DNA of 64,000 bases from Lama glama (lineage: Eukaryota), in NCBI GenBank assembly GCA_028534125.1, contig CM052829.1, positions 124,001-188,000 of the forward strand, written 5' to 3'. Shown in pieces: positions 13,911 through 27,080 of this stretch. The notes below the pieces were generated by a model. It made no database searches and was not told where the DNA came from. It saw only the letters and a list, made by a program, of their open reading frames with translations. A program made the translations under genes and the position numbers. The first letter of the stretch is position 1. Each line of letters starts with the position of its first letter.

Positions 13911-14566
13911 CAGCTGACCCTTGAACAATGTGGGGCTCGGGGTGCCGACCCCTAGGCAGTTCAAAGCCCAGGTATTGCTATTAAGGAACTGAAAAACGAT
14001 GCCCCCAAGGGCAGGGAGCTGGCACAGCTGGACAAGACAGGACTCAAACCCTCGTCCTTCTGACCCCACACTGTGGGCTCTGACCCAGCACTAACCCCTC
14101 CCCCACTTACGCTCAGCACTCAGCACTACTGGGGTTAAGCCGCGAGCCACTGCAGTCGATGAACCCAGGAGGAAACTCTCTGCACTCCGGACAGGCAGGC
14201 CCCTGAGATGGTTAGATGTCTATCTCAGGAAGGATTTCAATGAACCCAGATTCTTGTATCTTCCCACACAAAGAAAAGCACTCAGATCCTTAACTCAACA
14301 CATCTGTTCTCTGTGACTGGCAGTGACCTTTACCAGGCTGTATGCTCTACTCCACGGAATCCTGGGGAGACAATCATACATAAACTGGCTCCTCCCACCC
14401 TGCAGCAGTTTCCTCAGAGCTACTGAGCGGCTGTCTCCCGGGCTACAGTTTACAGGGGGGTTCCTGAAAAGACTTCAACTAGCAAAAAGGAAAGATATTT
14501 TAATGAAAAAATCCATGTATAAGTGGACCAAAGCATTTCAAACCCATGTTGTCCAAGGGTGGACTA
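13911..14566. mobile_element. Tigger2-family (TcMar) non-autonomous DNA transposon interrupted by an LTR-like insert
   Basis: Terminal inverted repeats CAGCTGACCCTTGAACAA (13911-13928, preceded by TA) and TTGTCCAAGGGTGGACTA (14549-14566). Confidence 0.75.
13980..14480 (+). mobile_element. Probable ERV1-type solo LTR relic nested in the Tigger2 element
   Basis: Contains agtttcctcagagctactgagcggctgtctcccgggctacagt, typical of ERV1 LTRs; edges approximate. Confidence 0.5.
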
Positions 14567-14714
14567 CATTTTCAGGTGTGGTCCCTGTAGGGCCTGCACA
14601 CGGTGGGAGGGGTCCAGGCCCCAGCAGGCCAAGGCTGCGGCACAGGCATGAAAAGGGCTGGTAAACAGCTTGTGGACTCACAGCTTTTAGTTTTCTTTCC
14701 CCTCTATCTTTTAC

Positions 14715-14872
14715 CAGACCAACAGCCTAGTGTTATCTGGGAACTTGTCTGAGATGAAAGTTCTGGGGCCCCTCCCCAGACCCACTGGATCATGAACTGT
14801 GGGTAGGGGAGCAAACTGTGTTTTACGTTCCCTCCAGGTGCCTCCAATGCAGGCAGAGTTGGAACATCGCTC
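14715..14872. mobile_element. MER5A-like relic
   Basis: ctgggaacttgtctgagatgaaagttctggggcccctccccagacccactggatca matches the MER5A pattern. Confidence 0.6.
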
Positions 14873-16125
14873 AAAAGTCTTCAACAAAACAGCTTAAGAA
14901 ATCACTTACATTGACAAAAAATAACTTAACAGTAAAAAAGAAACTGGTTCTTGAGAAAGTCTGTGTAACGGATTACAGAAAACCACCACAATCATGTCTT
15001 TTTTAATCCTAACTTCAATCAATTTATTTAGTCAAGAAAGGTGTACTTAATGTTCATTTGTGTATTAACGTAGGAGACAGGACAGTCCCACAGCTCTCTC
15101 CAGAACTCGAGGGTCTCTGACAGAAGATGACACATTCTGAAGGTATCATCATTTTATGCCACAATCAGTAGGTTGCTAGGACACAAGGAGACCCCCCCCC
15201 CCGGTTATTCTACGTCGAGGCCTTGACTGTACGGCTGTTTCCCTTCCTAAGTGCAGTAAAAATCAGCTCTTCCTGGCCACACAGAGACTAACTTCCCAGT
15301 GGCAAGATCTCCAGGCATCATTTTAAGCAGGGACCCAGGTGTGAATTTCTTTGAAGGACCATTTAGATTAGTTCTCTTCTGCTGGTAAAGTCACTCTAGG
15401 CAAAGTAGTTTTCAACTCTGGTGTGGTGATCTGACAGGGCTGAGCTCACCAAACACAAAGGAAATCATTAGCAAATTCAGTCTAAAAGAAACATATTTTG
15501 ACTAGAATTGGAAGGAGGATCAGCCGAGAGCAGCTAAAACTACCTGGTATGGAAGAGAGCTCCCCTCTCTCCGCCACACATACACACACTCTCATACTCA
15601 CAAACACACTCACTGACTCTCACACACACACTCGCTTACACCCCACCCAGAGCTCCACGGCAGCTGAGATGTTCCAGAGAACCACCCAGAGATCTAAAAC
15701 AGCGATCTGGTCTTCAGGTCACAAGCTACACTGCATCTAAGACACATCAGCCTCAAAAACCTAACTCACTTGGCAAAGGTTTTTGTGTCAATCAACGGAC
15801 AGGAAAGCCTCAGAGCTTTCCTGGAGGGCTGAGCAGAGGGCAGGGAAGGAGGTCCTTTCTGCGAATGATAACCCTGAAGACTGAGATGCCTGGGAGGATC
15901 CGATCCCACGGTGGAGGCTGCTGGACATCTCGCCAGTAACAAAGCGATGGTCCCTGTGTGCGTTCGCAACTATGAACACACAGCAATGAATAAGGACACG
16001 TCTACACTCTGAGCCACGACATTTCCATGTGCTTTTTATATGAAAATGGGTCATGCAATAGCTGGATTTAGAGTTATCTTAGGGTTACTCTTCTTGCATA
16101 TTCCTAGGGTCAGAAAGCCATAAAT

Positions 16126-16262
16126 CTGAGGGGTAAAACGTGCTTAGCCTGCACAAAGTCCTGGGTTCCATCCCTGGTGTCTCCATTTAAAAAAATTAAA
16201 TAATTAAATAAATAAACCCAATTATTTCCTCCCAAAAAACAAACAAACAAAGATTTAAAAAA
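16126..16262 (+). mobile_element. 5'-truncated tRNA-derived SINE, camelid Vic-1-like
   Basis: tgcttagcctgcacaaagtcctgggttccatccctggtgtctcca (B-box-like GGTTCCATCC), then AAAT-rich sequence, aaataaacccaattatttcctccc and an A-rich tail. Resembles the camelid SINE consensus as remembered. Confidence 0.7.
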
Positions 16263-19200
16263 ATCACCATAATACTATCTGGCTTGTGTCCACTCTCAGG
16301 ACATGAGAAGTGACACTTGCGGAAATTAACTTGTATATACCGTGTCTCAAATTTACTTGTGAAGGTTTTAATTCACAAGTTCTATTTAAATGAACATTTA
16401 CTTAGCATTCTCTGTTTTACAGAGCATTCCTCACAAAAGAAAACAAAATCAAAAACCCTGACTACTCACATGCAAACTGAATCTTTACTCTAGTTGGATA
16501 AACTTCAATAGCCTATTTACAGGAAGCAAAAAATTCATTCAGCTGTAAATGGAGTAGAATGTATTAACATCTCAATATATTAAATTCTACACTTACATGA
16601 TGAGCTAATTCATGCTCCCAAAATGACAATGTTATACTGTTTCTACCTAATGCATTCAACATATAGTGAACTTGGCTATAAAAAGCAGTCATAAAGCTTC
16701 AAATTATTTTTACAAATGAAAGAAAAACACAACTGAGGTTTTAAATCCATTCATTTCGACCCACGATGTCAAGCAGGCGCTCCCTGCCAAGCGCTCATTC
16801 TCTTGGCTGCAGCATGGCTGGTGGCTTCTGTTTACCACCCATGGAAACCTCAAGATGAAAACCTTCAACAGAACACGTAAGAGGAGCTGCAACAAGAAAT
16901 CTTCCCTGCAGCTGTTCAGCAGACGATGGACTGAGCCAAGGACAGCACCCCCTTGTCATAAAACGCACCTCTCCACCTCATTTCACTCTGTGAAACAGTC
17001 TTCTAAGAGGCCCTGCAAGATCGGGTGCATCAAGCAACCTCATACAGCCGAGAAATACCAAGTTTACTTACTGATTCTTCAACAACACTTAAAAATCATT
17101 ACCAATTGGAAGTGTGCAGTTAGCTTTCCTAGGTTTCCAAAACAAGGATATGCTTATAATGACTAAAAATGGCCCTGTGAAGAGAAAAAGTCATCCACAC
17201 TTTGTCTAAAGAAAAATCTCCAGTTCTGAAGAAAAAAGTTACTTCAAATGCATGCCTGCTGTATGGTCCAAGACTCACACCACAAAGTGCGGAACGTCCG
17301 TGAGGAAGGAGAACAAGAGACTGGGCTGCAGGTACAGAGGCTGAATAGACACACATGGACAACCCAGGGATCCCTCAAGGGTTAGGTGTGGGGAAAGGAA
17401 ACCTAATCTCAAGGCACAACTTTCTTGTGTTACCAGGAACATCGTGATATATCGATATATCATAAGTGAAATGTAACATCCGTAACATTGTAAACGTAAT
17501 ACTGATAATAATACACAAACGTGTGTACGGATATGAATGTGTCTTACGCAGGCATGTGTGTAACTGACTGTGTGTATGACACCCTACACACACAGACAAA
17601 GATGGGGACGCGGATGGAACACACGAGTTTCCTGAATAAAATATTCCAGTAATGAAATTTATTTTTCTGCTCCCTGGCTGGTCAATTTTAATTCTTTCCA
17701 CTTCCTAATTTTTACGTAATCTGTATAATTTTTCGGCTCCCCTTCTGTCTCCTTTCTACTTTGGTGAATAACATCTGTGATTTTTTTTTCCTACCATTTA
17801 AGAAAGCAAGTATTAAATAATATGTGCTGTTAAGAGGGAAAAATCTTTCTTTTTTTAAGAAAAGGACACTCTGGCCACTACATTGGGACTCCCTGAAAAC
17901 GTTAACATTCATGAGGTCAGTCTAATTAAACTACCTCAGGAGAACAAGAAAGATCCGACAGGGCGCCCTAGGGTGACCCTCAGCTCTAGTGATGGCACTG
18001 CCGCTGGTCTCGCTTGGACAGGACGGCTGTCAGCAGGCAGCGGGGACACCCTGCACCTCTGCCTGAGGGGCCTGTGAGTCTCAGGGTATCCAGGCGCTGG
18101 GCAAGGCAAGGGCCCAGCAGCAGGGCCCCACTGTTTTTAACCCTGCCTCATCAGGGCAACGCCAGGGACAGTGACAGGAACTCGGATGGTCCCTCTTCCA
18201 TTTTAGTCTAAAAACCATTTGGTACCTTTCCCCACGGATACAGAAAAGCATTTAAATACTAAGATCTTGCTATTCTGCATCATTATTAACATAAGCATAA
18301 ACAGAGCCATTCATGTGAATCATCTGCAACAAAAGTTCAAAATCACATTCTCAGTTTCCTAGTGATGGGATGGTGTGCTCCCTCTGTGGAGGGTCGAGCT
18401 CCCCAAGTTCCTTCTGGAAGCAGAGCCCTGACGTGCAATCCGGGCACGCCGTGTGCACAGACCTGCAGCACAGAAGGGCCCCAGAGAAAGTGCTCGCAAG
18501 CCCCAGAAGTAGTCTCTCTGACAGCAAAGTGGCTTCCAGAGGTTACTGAAGTATCACAGAGGGGCCCTGAAACTCTCTCACAACATGATGACGGACAGCC
18601 AGACATTCTCCATAATTCAAACCAGGAAGAGAGCCACCATAATCCCTTTCCAGGTGACTTCTGTAAAGACCCTACGAGACGAAAGTTAAACTTAACAACA
18701 AAACGTTTCAGGAAAGTGATTTTGGCTACCCTTTACAAGTCCTTCTCCCTATAAAGCCAAATGTCAATTCATCTTAATTTGTTTTTGTGAAAAGCACCTT
18801 TTTTAGGTTTGAGTATGGCACTCACCAACTGAAAGAATAAGGAAATATCCCCTCAGCTTTTCTCCCTACAGAATTCCACTTACATAAGGAAAGTGTTTGC
18901 AGTGCTCAAATCCTTATTTGGTAAATCACAGGCTTGAGTGATGGAGACAACAGTGACAGGAGAGAATTTAACGCACACAAAAACAGAGCATAAACATTTT
19001 AGAAAAGTGTCTGTTCTCTGAAATAAACCCTAACCCAGCCTCCTCCTCTTCAGCTGTCTGTACGCAGAACACTACCCCCATGGTCAAATATTCCTGACCC
19101 TTTTCAGATACCAGGAACTCACGGGAGGAAAGGATTTACTTCGGCTAGCTTTTAGGAGAACTTTGTTTTTCTTTCCTTCCCAATTTGTGTTTTAGGATAC

Positions 19201-19663
19201 CTCCTGTGAAAAAGCTTATTTGTTCAGTTAAAATGACCTTCCTCTACCTCCCCTGCCCAGTCCACTAAAACCCACTTCCAGTGGTGGGGACAATGAGAAC
19301 TGACTCAAGCAGAGTACCTAGACCCCAGCCCTGTTAAGTCACAGGCGTTGACTGACACCAGGCGTTGGGTCCTGGGGCCTGACCACGCCCCCCGCCTCCC
19401 GGCCCCAGCCTGGACCTCCAGCAGCGAGCAGAGCCCTGGAGTGGGCCGGGGCAGCGCAGCGGACTGGCCAGGTATGTCTGTGCAATGTCTTTTCCTCCAC
19501 AGTTTTAGAACAGTATTAAATATCTTGCTCTTGGGCCCAGGGTTGAAATGAAAGTTAGTATCTGTCGGTTCCGGAAAAGCATGCTTCTCATCGCCATCTG
19601 TTACTGGACTTGTACCATATGGTGAGCAAATTAGTAATTTAGTTACATCAAAGCTGTCTGTAC

Positions 19664-19765
19664 CTGGAATGTTCATCTGCAGAGGTCTGACGAGGTCCGG
19701 GTGCCTCAGTGGGTTCCCAGAGTACACAAACCACTCCTTGACCGTGGGACAGGTGCTGGCATCAC
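19664..19765 (-). CDS. FAM120B: FAM120B coding exon 4 (102 bp)
   Basis: tctttactcag| acceptor and CCAG|GTACAG donor; encodes DASTCPTVKEWFVYSGNPLRHPDLVRPLQMNIP; phase 1 to 1. Confidence 0.95.
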
Positions 19766-20339
19766 CTGAGTAAAGACAGCTGCATCAGTGACATGAGCAC
19801 TAATTCATTCATCACCAGGCTAACAATGCAACAGGCCCACGTCAGCCAGGCCCAGCTCCATGCTGGTAGGCACAGTGAGTTCTCACACCCATGGTCACTG
19901 AGGGGCCTCGGGCATCCAGCAGTGGCCCCCTACCCTCTGATCTAAGGGTCATCCATTCATCCCAATGGAAACAACGACCTCAGGTGGGGAATGGCAGGGT
20001 AACCTGTGAGTAACAAGCAAGAGCAGAGAGGTCACCACCTACATGGCTCCTGCAATGTCCCAACCCCCCCGCCCCCTCCCATCCCACACTATCCCAGAGA
20101 ACACTGAGGGAGAACTGGGGAGAATTCACTGCTTTATGCAACTATCAAGACCACTGTTATGTCAGATAATTCAGAAAACTGGTGGAAATAATCTAGAACA
20201 AAGGCTTTTCTGTATGCTGCTGGATTATTACTCAGCAAAGCAGAGGTGATGGAAGCCTCGCCCACCCAGCGCTCTCACTGAGCCTCGTGGAGCTGCCAGC
20301 ACAGGCCCCTCCAGCCTTTAGACCCTGTCTTCCCCTGGC

Positions 20340-21045
20340 CCTCACTACCTTCGCTGCTGGTCCCCTCTCCGCACCGGCACTGCCTGGGTCAGATCAGGTT
20401 CCTGACCTCTCCTCATCTTCAGTCTCACGCCATCCAAGCCACTCTCCATGGAAATGGAGGCCTTTGGGGGTTTTATTCTTTTAATGACAATCTGACCAGG
20501 TCGCTCTTTCTAATCAAGGTTCCCCAAAACTGCCCAGGGACCAGAACAAAGTGTGGACCTCAGTGCCCCCTGCTTGCCCCTGCACCTGCCTTTGTTCCCA
20601 CCCACTGCACAGTCTCCCACATGATTGTCACCGTGACCCACAGCACAGTCCCCCAGAGTCTCCAGAGTGCATGTCTGATCCATTTCCTGGGCTCCAGTTC
20701 ACACGTCGGGCTCCACTCTGTTGAAGCCCCTCTGGGTCCTCACATCCCTCTTCCCTGTCCAGCTGTCTACACTCCCTTCTCCACCCATTCCCCCTCTCCC
20801 CGAGGCCCACTTCCCTTGACAGGCACTTGGTGAACCCCTCCTTTCCTCACTCCCAGTTTAGGCATCAGGTTCTCCCCAATGCCCGAGCATGCTACACTTC
20901 CCCACCGCAGTCCTCTGGCTAGAGTACTGCAAAGCCGTGTCTCCCCTCAGCCCTCCCACTGCCACCTCCTGACAGCAAGGATTGTGTTCTCCTCACCCAA
21001 CACAGAGCCCAGGGCAACACTCATTAACCATAAGTTTAATAAGCA
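20340..21045 (+). mobile_element. L2 relic
   Basis: C-rich degenerate L2-like sequence ending cccaacacagagcccagggcaacactcattaa. Confidence 0.4.
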
Positions 21046-24000
21046 AATTCAACTTAGCCTAAATTTCACACATACCAAAAAAGTTTAAAAAAACAAAGAA
21101 AATCTGAGAAGAATTCTTACAGTTCTTAAAAACAGAACAACCCACTTTCTAATGCAATCCTCTTGGCCTAGGTTTCCATTACATCAAAAAATAGCCCATG
21201 GAGCAAATGCTATCCTAAACCACTACTTCAGAAAGGGGTGCGGTCTCTCACACCAAGAGACAAACCATACTAGGTTTTGGTAACTCACACTCAACCTCTG
21301 TCATAACATAGCCTGCCAACTGATCCTCGGGAAATTACTGAAACATTTACAAAACTGCATTTCGTACTGCATGGAAGTGACCATCTTTCATCTAAAACTG
21401 TTCAGAACACAGAGGTTCAAGCTGACATTTCAGAGTTTTAACCCTAAATAACACACAAAGAAAGTGAAGACAGGTTCGTGATGGCACTGGCATCCTTTAT
21501 TAAAAGCACCAGAGAGGTCTCTGATTGCGTCCTTTCTTGTTAGGACCCAAAGGAGTCATTTTTCGGACAACATTCCAGGAGAAAGGCCATGCAGTATCAG
21601 TAGTCCAGCTACACTCCAGGAAGAAAGAGCTGCTCATCGAGGCCAGTTTGGCAGGGTCAGTGGACCTGCTTCTGTGTCAGGCTCAGCAGAGGCCGAGCCC
21701 AGACCAATAGCCCAACCCCTCTTTGCCCCATGACGTAAACCAGTGAGGGTAAATGCGTATCAATTACTAAGTATTTCTTAACAACGAAAGAAGGAAAACT
21801 TTTGCTTTTAAAGTGATTGACTTCCATGTGATTAGTTTAGCTGACCACACACTAGGTCTCAGAACAAGAGTGAACTATGCTGCTAAAGGCGCAGTGCTTC
21901 CAGCTATTTACTTAAGGAACTGTGAACGTGAAACTCTTAAATTTTCACATAATATTAACTGGCTAGAGGATAAAAGTTAAATCAGAACTACTGATCTAAA
22001 TTTTTGTCCCCTAAACAAACTTTTATCTGAATTGTGGAGAAGGATACAGGAAATGAAAGACAAAAGTGAACACTTCCCTGAGGTGGACGGCAGGTCCCGG
22101 GGTGTGCACCTGCGTCTGCAGGTTCTTCTGCATCCTGCCCTTGCCCAGTGAGCTGCTAGGTGATGGGGATCCTCAACAGGCCCTTCCTTCTTCTGCCACA
22201 AGAGGGTAACAGGGCAGGGCAGTGCAGCTAGAGTGCTGCCAGCACTGCAAAGCGTAAGTCTGCAGTCTGGGTGAGTCCTGTCCAAACCGAAACATCCAGC
22301 CAGAAACACCTCCACTGTTAATCCCGACTGTCCTACTACAGACACAGTCAGAGCTCCCCCAACACCTTCCAAGTTCCAGAGTCAGGTGTAAAGTGTTACC
22401 TGAAATCTTAGAAAAAAGATAAATGCACTTTTCTGGAAAACTGTAGCATTTAGCCCATTCTCTGGGGTGCCATGTAATTTCAGAGGTTTTAATCTGGTAT
22501 GCACTTTGAAACAACAGCAGAAAACATTTGCAATAATTTGGTCTGTCTAAATTATAATAAAATAGTCTTAAATGCCTACATATCAAGAAACAGAGAAGAG
22601 GAAATTGAGTTTAGAAGTTCCTAAAAGAAAAGGTTGATTTTCTCGTCTGAATTTTCAATTTGCTGAGCTGGTAATTCAAAAGAGCAAAGTAAAAACTCGA
22701 GTAAAAGTTCTTCACTAGTTTTTTTTTTTTTTACTCTCTACTTCATGCTATATATAACATTTTATATGGAAAATAGAAAACTAACATAATCAAAATTATT
22801 CTTCTGTTATTCACAAAGGACAGACACATTACACCGCATTATAAAAGCTTCTATATATAACTAAGACATTTTCCCCTGCAAGCAAAACTGTGGAACTGTC
22901 TACGTTTTCAAACTCTCTCCCATAAAAACTCTGATTATGTCAATACACAACCTCTCAAAAGAAAAGTACCCTCTCCTCTCACATGATCTGGGGGGTCTGT
23001 GAGCAATGGGAGGGGGAAAGAGAATGAGGAGACACAATGTCGATTTTACCCTCTCAATTACTGGGATCTCCAAGTTTGATAACAATCCTCCAGGCTTTAA
23101 AAAATATATATTTGTCCTTATGTGCCTGGAATGTATTTTTTATACTGCTGGTTTAATCTATAATGATGTGTGACCTTAGTCCATAAAAAAATAGAAAAAC
23201 TCCCCAAACGTTCCTTCCTGTATATACATTTGAGAAAAGAAGTCACCTTTTAGGCCAATCTCTAGGACTTTGGATGAGCTGAAGTCTGGCGACTGCCCAT
23301 CACGAGACCATCAGCCTCCTGCAGCAACCACGGGGCTCCCAGAATGTCTCGGGGCGACAACTGGAGGTGGGGTGACAGGAAAGGAGGACAATGAGCCCAA
23401 ACAGCCCTAAGTGTTAAAACCTGCCACTGCCTAGGGCTCTTCTCCAAGACTGCTACCTAGTGAGATGAAAAGGGGGAGAACAGAAGAGTCTGCCTTTTGC
23501 ATCTTTCTGAGTTTCTTCTGCTTCCTGAAATGTATAAGGCTTCAAAAGTGACTTCAACTAAGCTTATCATTATGGAGACTGACACAGAGACAAGAGTTAA
23601 GACCAGAGGTAAGACTGGGTATGAAGCCAGTGATGGCTGAGGACTAAGCGGTTTCAGGGCTTCTTCCCCTTTTGGCCACAATGCTGACTAGCTATCTAAA
23701 TACCACATATTCACAATACAAAATACACGCAGGAGTGGTGCCGACCAACCACTCCCTCAAGAGGCACCCCCCAGCGTTTCAGATGAACTGGAGTATCCAA
23801 CAGATCAGTTACCCAAATCTGTGTCTTTTGGGTCAGAACTCCAGTGCCCGCAGCTGTGCCACAGAAACGGCTCTGGTGCTCAGAGTCATGACCACAGAGT
23901 AAAAGGCACCTTTGATTCTAAATCTCACTCCAAACGAGTGGGCTCCCACCTGCCGGCCAGACTGGGCTTGGAGACAGCTGCTCACCTAGTGGGACCTGAG

Positions 24001-26324
24001 AGACACCACTCTCCCTCCATGTCTGAAATTGAGCCATTAGAGTAATCCTTCCCTAAGGAATGCTTTGCTAAATACAAATACTCTTGCAAAGGTAATGCTT
24101 TAAACTCACACTCAACACACATATATTGATCACCTAATTCACACCAAGAGATCTGCTGTGTGTGGCAGTCCCTCCTGCGCAGCTTACAGCCTCGGGGGAG
24201 GAGGGCACCGGACAAGGCCCGCAGAAACAGGGTGCAAGCACAAACTGCAATAGGCCTGAGAATGAAAAGCACAGGGTGCCTCAGGGAGGAAACCACTTCT
24301 GATGAGGGAGTAAGACAGGAACTTGGGGGAGTTGGTTTTAAGGGCATGAGGGATGACTAGGATTGGTCAGAAGAGTGGCCTGAGCCAGAAAAGTAAATTC
24401 TGTACTTAACATGGACGTACTTTCTAAAGCAACGCAAGTGAGTGAGAATGCCTGGGTGTAAGGGGCAAACCCAGCTTCGAGGGCCTCCTACCTGCAGAGA
24501 CAGCAAGAGCCAGGAGGGAGGGGCTCAGCAGCGGAGCCCAGCCTCCCGCGGGAATCCAGTCGTCGGGGAGGGGCTCCCAGGGGAAGAGGAGAGAGGCAGT
24601 AGACTCATCCAGCCCTGGACGGAGAGGAAGGAAGGAGGGACACTTCTCCACAAGAGCTGAGGATGAAGCGGTGACATGTTCGCATAATGCAGGAAAAACA
24701 AACCAGGAAGGAGATGAAGAAACAGCGCATCAGCAGGGAGCCCGACACCATCTCGCAGCAGTTCCAGGAAAGGCGAACAGACACGTGGATGGGAGAGAAA
24801 TGCATGAACACGAAGGATGAGACTTCCCAGGGGGAGAAATGGCAGCAGAAGGGAATGAGGATGGGACTTGCACTCAGCTCCGCCAGCACCCAGAACGCAC
24901 GTGGGGCGGGAGGGCCAAGACAGGGCAGCTCCTCTCACGTCAGCCACTCTGGATCTGCACAAACTGAAAGCCACTGCGTGTTCCCGTGGACAGTTATTAC
25001 CCCGAGGCCCGTGTGGACGGCAGCCCAGGGGAGGGAGGGCCCTGTGGAGCGAGACAGCCTCCGGGAGGACAGGCTGTTGTGACAGCGGGGTGCAGGCAGA
25101 ACCAGAGAGCGGGCGTGGGGAAGAAAGGGCTCCAGAAATCCGCAGGGGGCGCCTCTGAGGTCCACAGCAGAACTCGGTGAGGCCAGGCAAGAAAGGCCTG
25201 TGGAGCCCCAGGGACCAACGCCTGGCGCTGCACCGGGCTCTTCAACTTTGGCCCCAGCGGCCAGTGTGCAGGACCTCATGGCACGCTGCATTCAGGCGAC
25301 AGCCCAGAGAGGCCCAGCCTCAGAGCAGGGCCACTTCACCTCCTGGAAGTCCACACAGACCCAACCTGCAAGGCTGCAGGTGAGCCCTGGAAGGGTCAGG
25401 TAAATGAGCTACCCAAAAGAGCCAAAGTCAAGGCCCTTCACAGATCCAAACTCTTCCAGAATACAATAAAAATACTGGGGTGAAAATGAGCAGAGACACA
25501 TGGAGCCATTATGAGGAGAAATGTCAATGACCAACACAGACCCGGCAATGACAGTGGTGCGGGGTTACCAGAGAAGGACCGGCAAACAACCACTGAGGAG
25601 ACACGGAAGAAAGACATGGAAGATGGCAAAGAAAGCTGAAAACACAGCATCTGGAACGAGAGTTTCACTGGGTGGGCTCGCAGCAGATCAGAGTCACAGA
25701 GGGAGGCTCCAGAAATGGAAAACAGAGCAACAAGAACACCCGAATGAAGCCCAGAGAGAAGGGGCTTAAAAACGAGCCTGATGCCCGAGGGACACTGTGA
25801 AGCGTGACTCCACGGTGGAGGCAAGAGACAGAAAACAGTGCTTCTGAAAAGATGCTCAGCTTTCTTCAGAGTCGGTGGGGAACAGACACTCACAGGCCCA
25901 AGGAACTCAAGAGTCGCAAGTGAAATAAACACAGAGCTCAGCCTGGACAGTGGCTGAGAACCAGCGGTTGAGAAGAAATCCCAAGGCCAGCAGGAGACAC
26001 ACACTCGTGACCTGAGGTAACAACCCTCGGAAGGAACAGCCTCACCTCACAAGAAACACAAGCCAGAGACAACATAATGCATCTTCAAAGTGCCAAACAA
26101 TAATATCTAAAATTCTGTATCCGGCAAAATAGTACTTCTGAAATTAAGACATTCTCAGGAAATTAAAATGAGCACCACGAGAAAAGTAAATGCAGGTTCT
26201 TTATGGGAAGAAGGGTGGTACTAAAGGGAACGTGGGTCTGCCCAAAGCGAGACGAGCAGCAGAGACGGGGCACAAGCATACCTTTCCTTGCCCGCTGGCT
26301 CCTTCAAGAGACAATGACTGTTCA

Positions 26325-26615
26325 GAGGACGGGCTGGAAAATCACAGCCCACGGGCCAAATCTGAGGGCTAGTAATGCTCTTCATATTATTTTAAATGAT
26401 TGGAAAATTATCAAAAGAAGAATTTTCTATGACCCAGGAAGATAACATAAAATTTGAATTTGATGACATGGGAAAACGAGGTGAGGCTTCCCTGGCACAG
26501 TCACCCTCTCTGGACGTGAAGTCTCTGGCTGCGGGGCCCCAGGGCAGCAGAGCGCAGCGGCTGGGCAGACGGTGGGGCCTCACAGCTCTGCCCTTCACAA
26601 AGCCTGCCAATCCAT
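26325..26615. mobile_element. MER58-like hAT-Charlie element nested in L1
   Basis: cagcccacgggccaaatctg start, aatgattggaaaattatcaaaagaagaat core similar to the 12.3-kb copy, gcctgccaatccatg end. Confidence 0.6.
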
Positions 26616-26669
26616 GGTTTAAAGTAAAAATAAGGATCATGTATTATGGGATTTTCAACATATGCATAA

Positions 26670-27080
26670 TCTCAAAAGGTTACCTACTAGGTTTCCATCT
26701 GTGTGACATTCTCAAAATGATCAAAATGCAGAGCTGGAGGACAGACCAGTGGTTACCAGGGGACAGGGACAGAGGGAAGGGTACCAAGGGGCAGCTGAGG
26801 GAGTTCCTCTGTGGAGAGGGGCCAGTCTGTATCCTGACAGGGCACAGAACCGCAGAGAACTATCCACACAGACAAACGAACGGGTGTAAGAAACGCTGGA
26901 CAGTGAGTATCTGTAGTCCGGTGAACAGTACTGGACCAGTGCCAAGCTCCGGGCTTTGATATTGCACTTCACCATGTAAGAGGTCACCTTCGGGGGTGAA
27001 AGGTACATGGAACTCTACGTGCTATCTTTGCAACTCCTGTGCGTGTACAATTATTTCAAAATAAAAAGTTTTAAAAATAT
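26670..27080 (+). mobile_element. L1MC/L1MD-type 3' end fragment
   Basis: gacattctcaaaatgatcaaaat...accagtggttaccagggg...atctttgcaactcctgtg...attatttcaaaataaaaagtt. Confidence 0.65.

Noticed and set aside
16140-16186. tRNA-like B-box sequence
   Set aside because: No A box or cloverleaf, and followed by an A-rich tail, so it is a SINE head rather than a tRNA gene.
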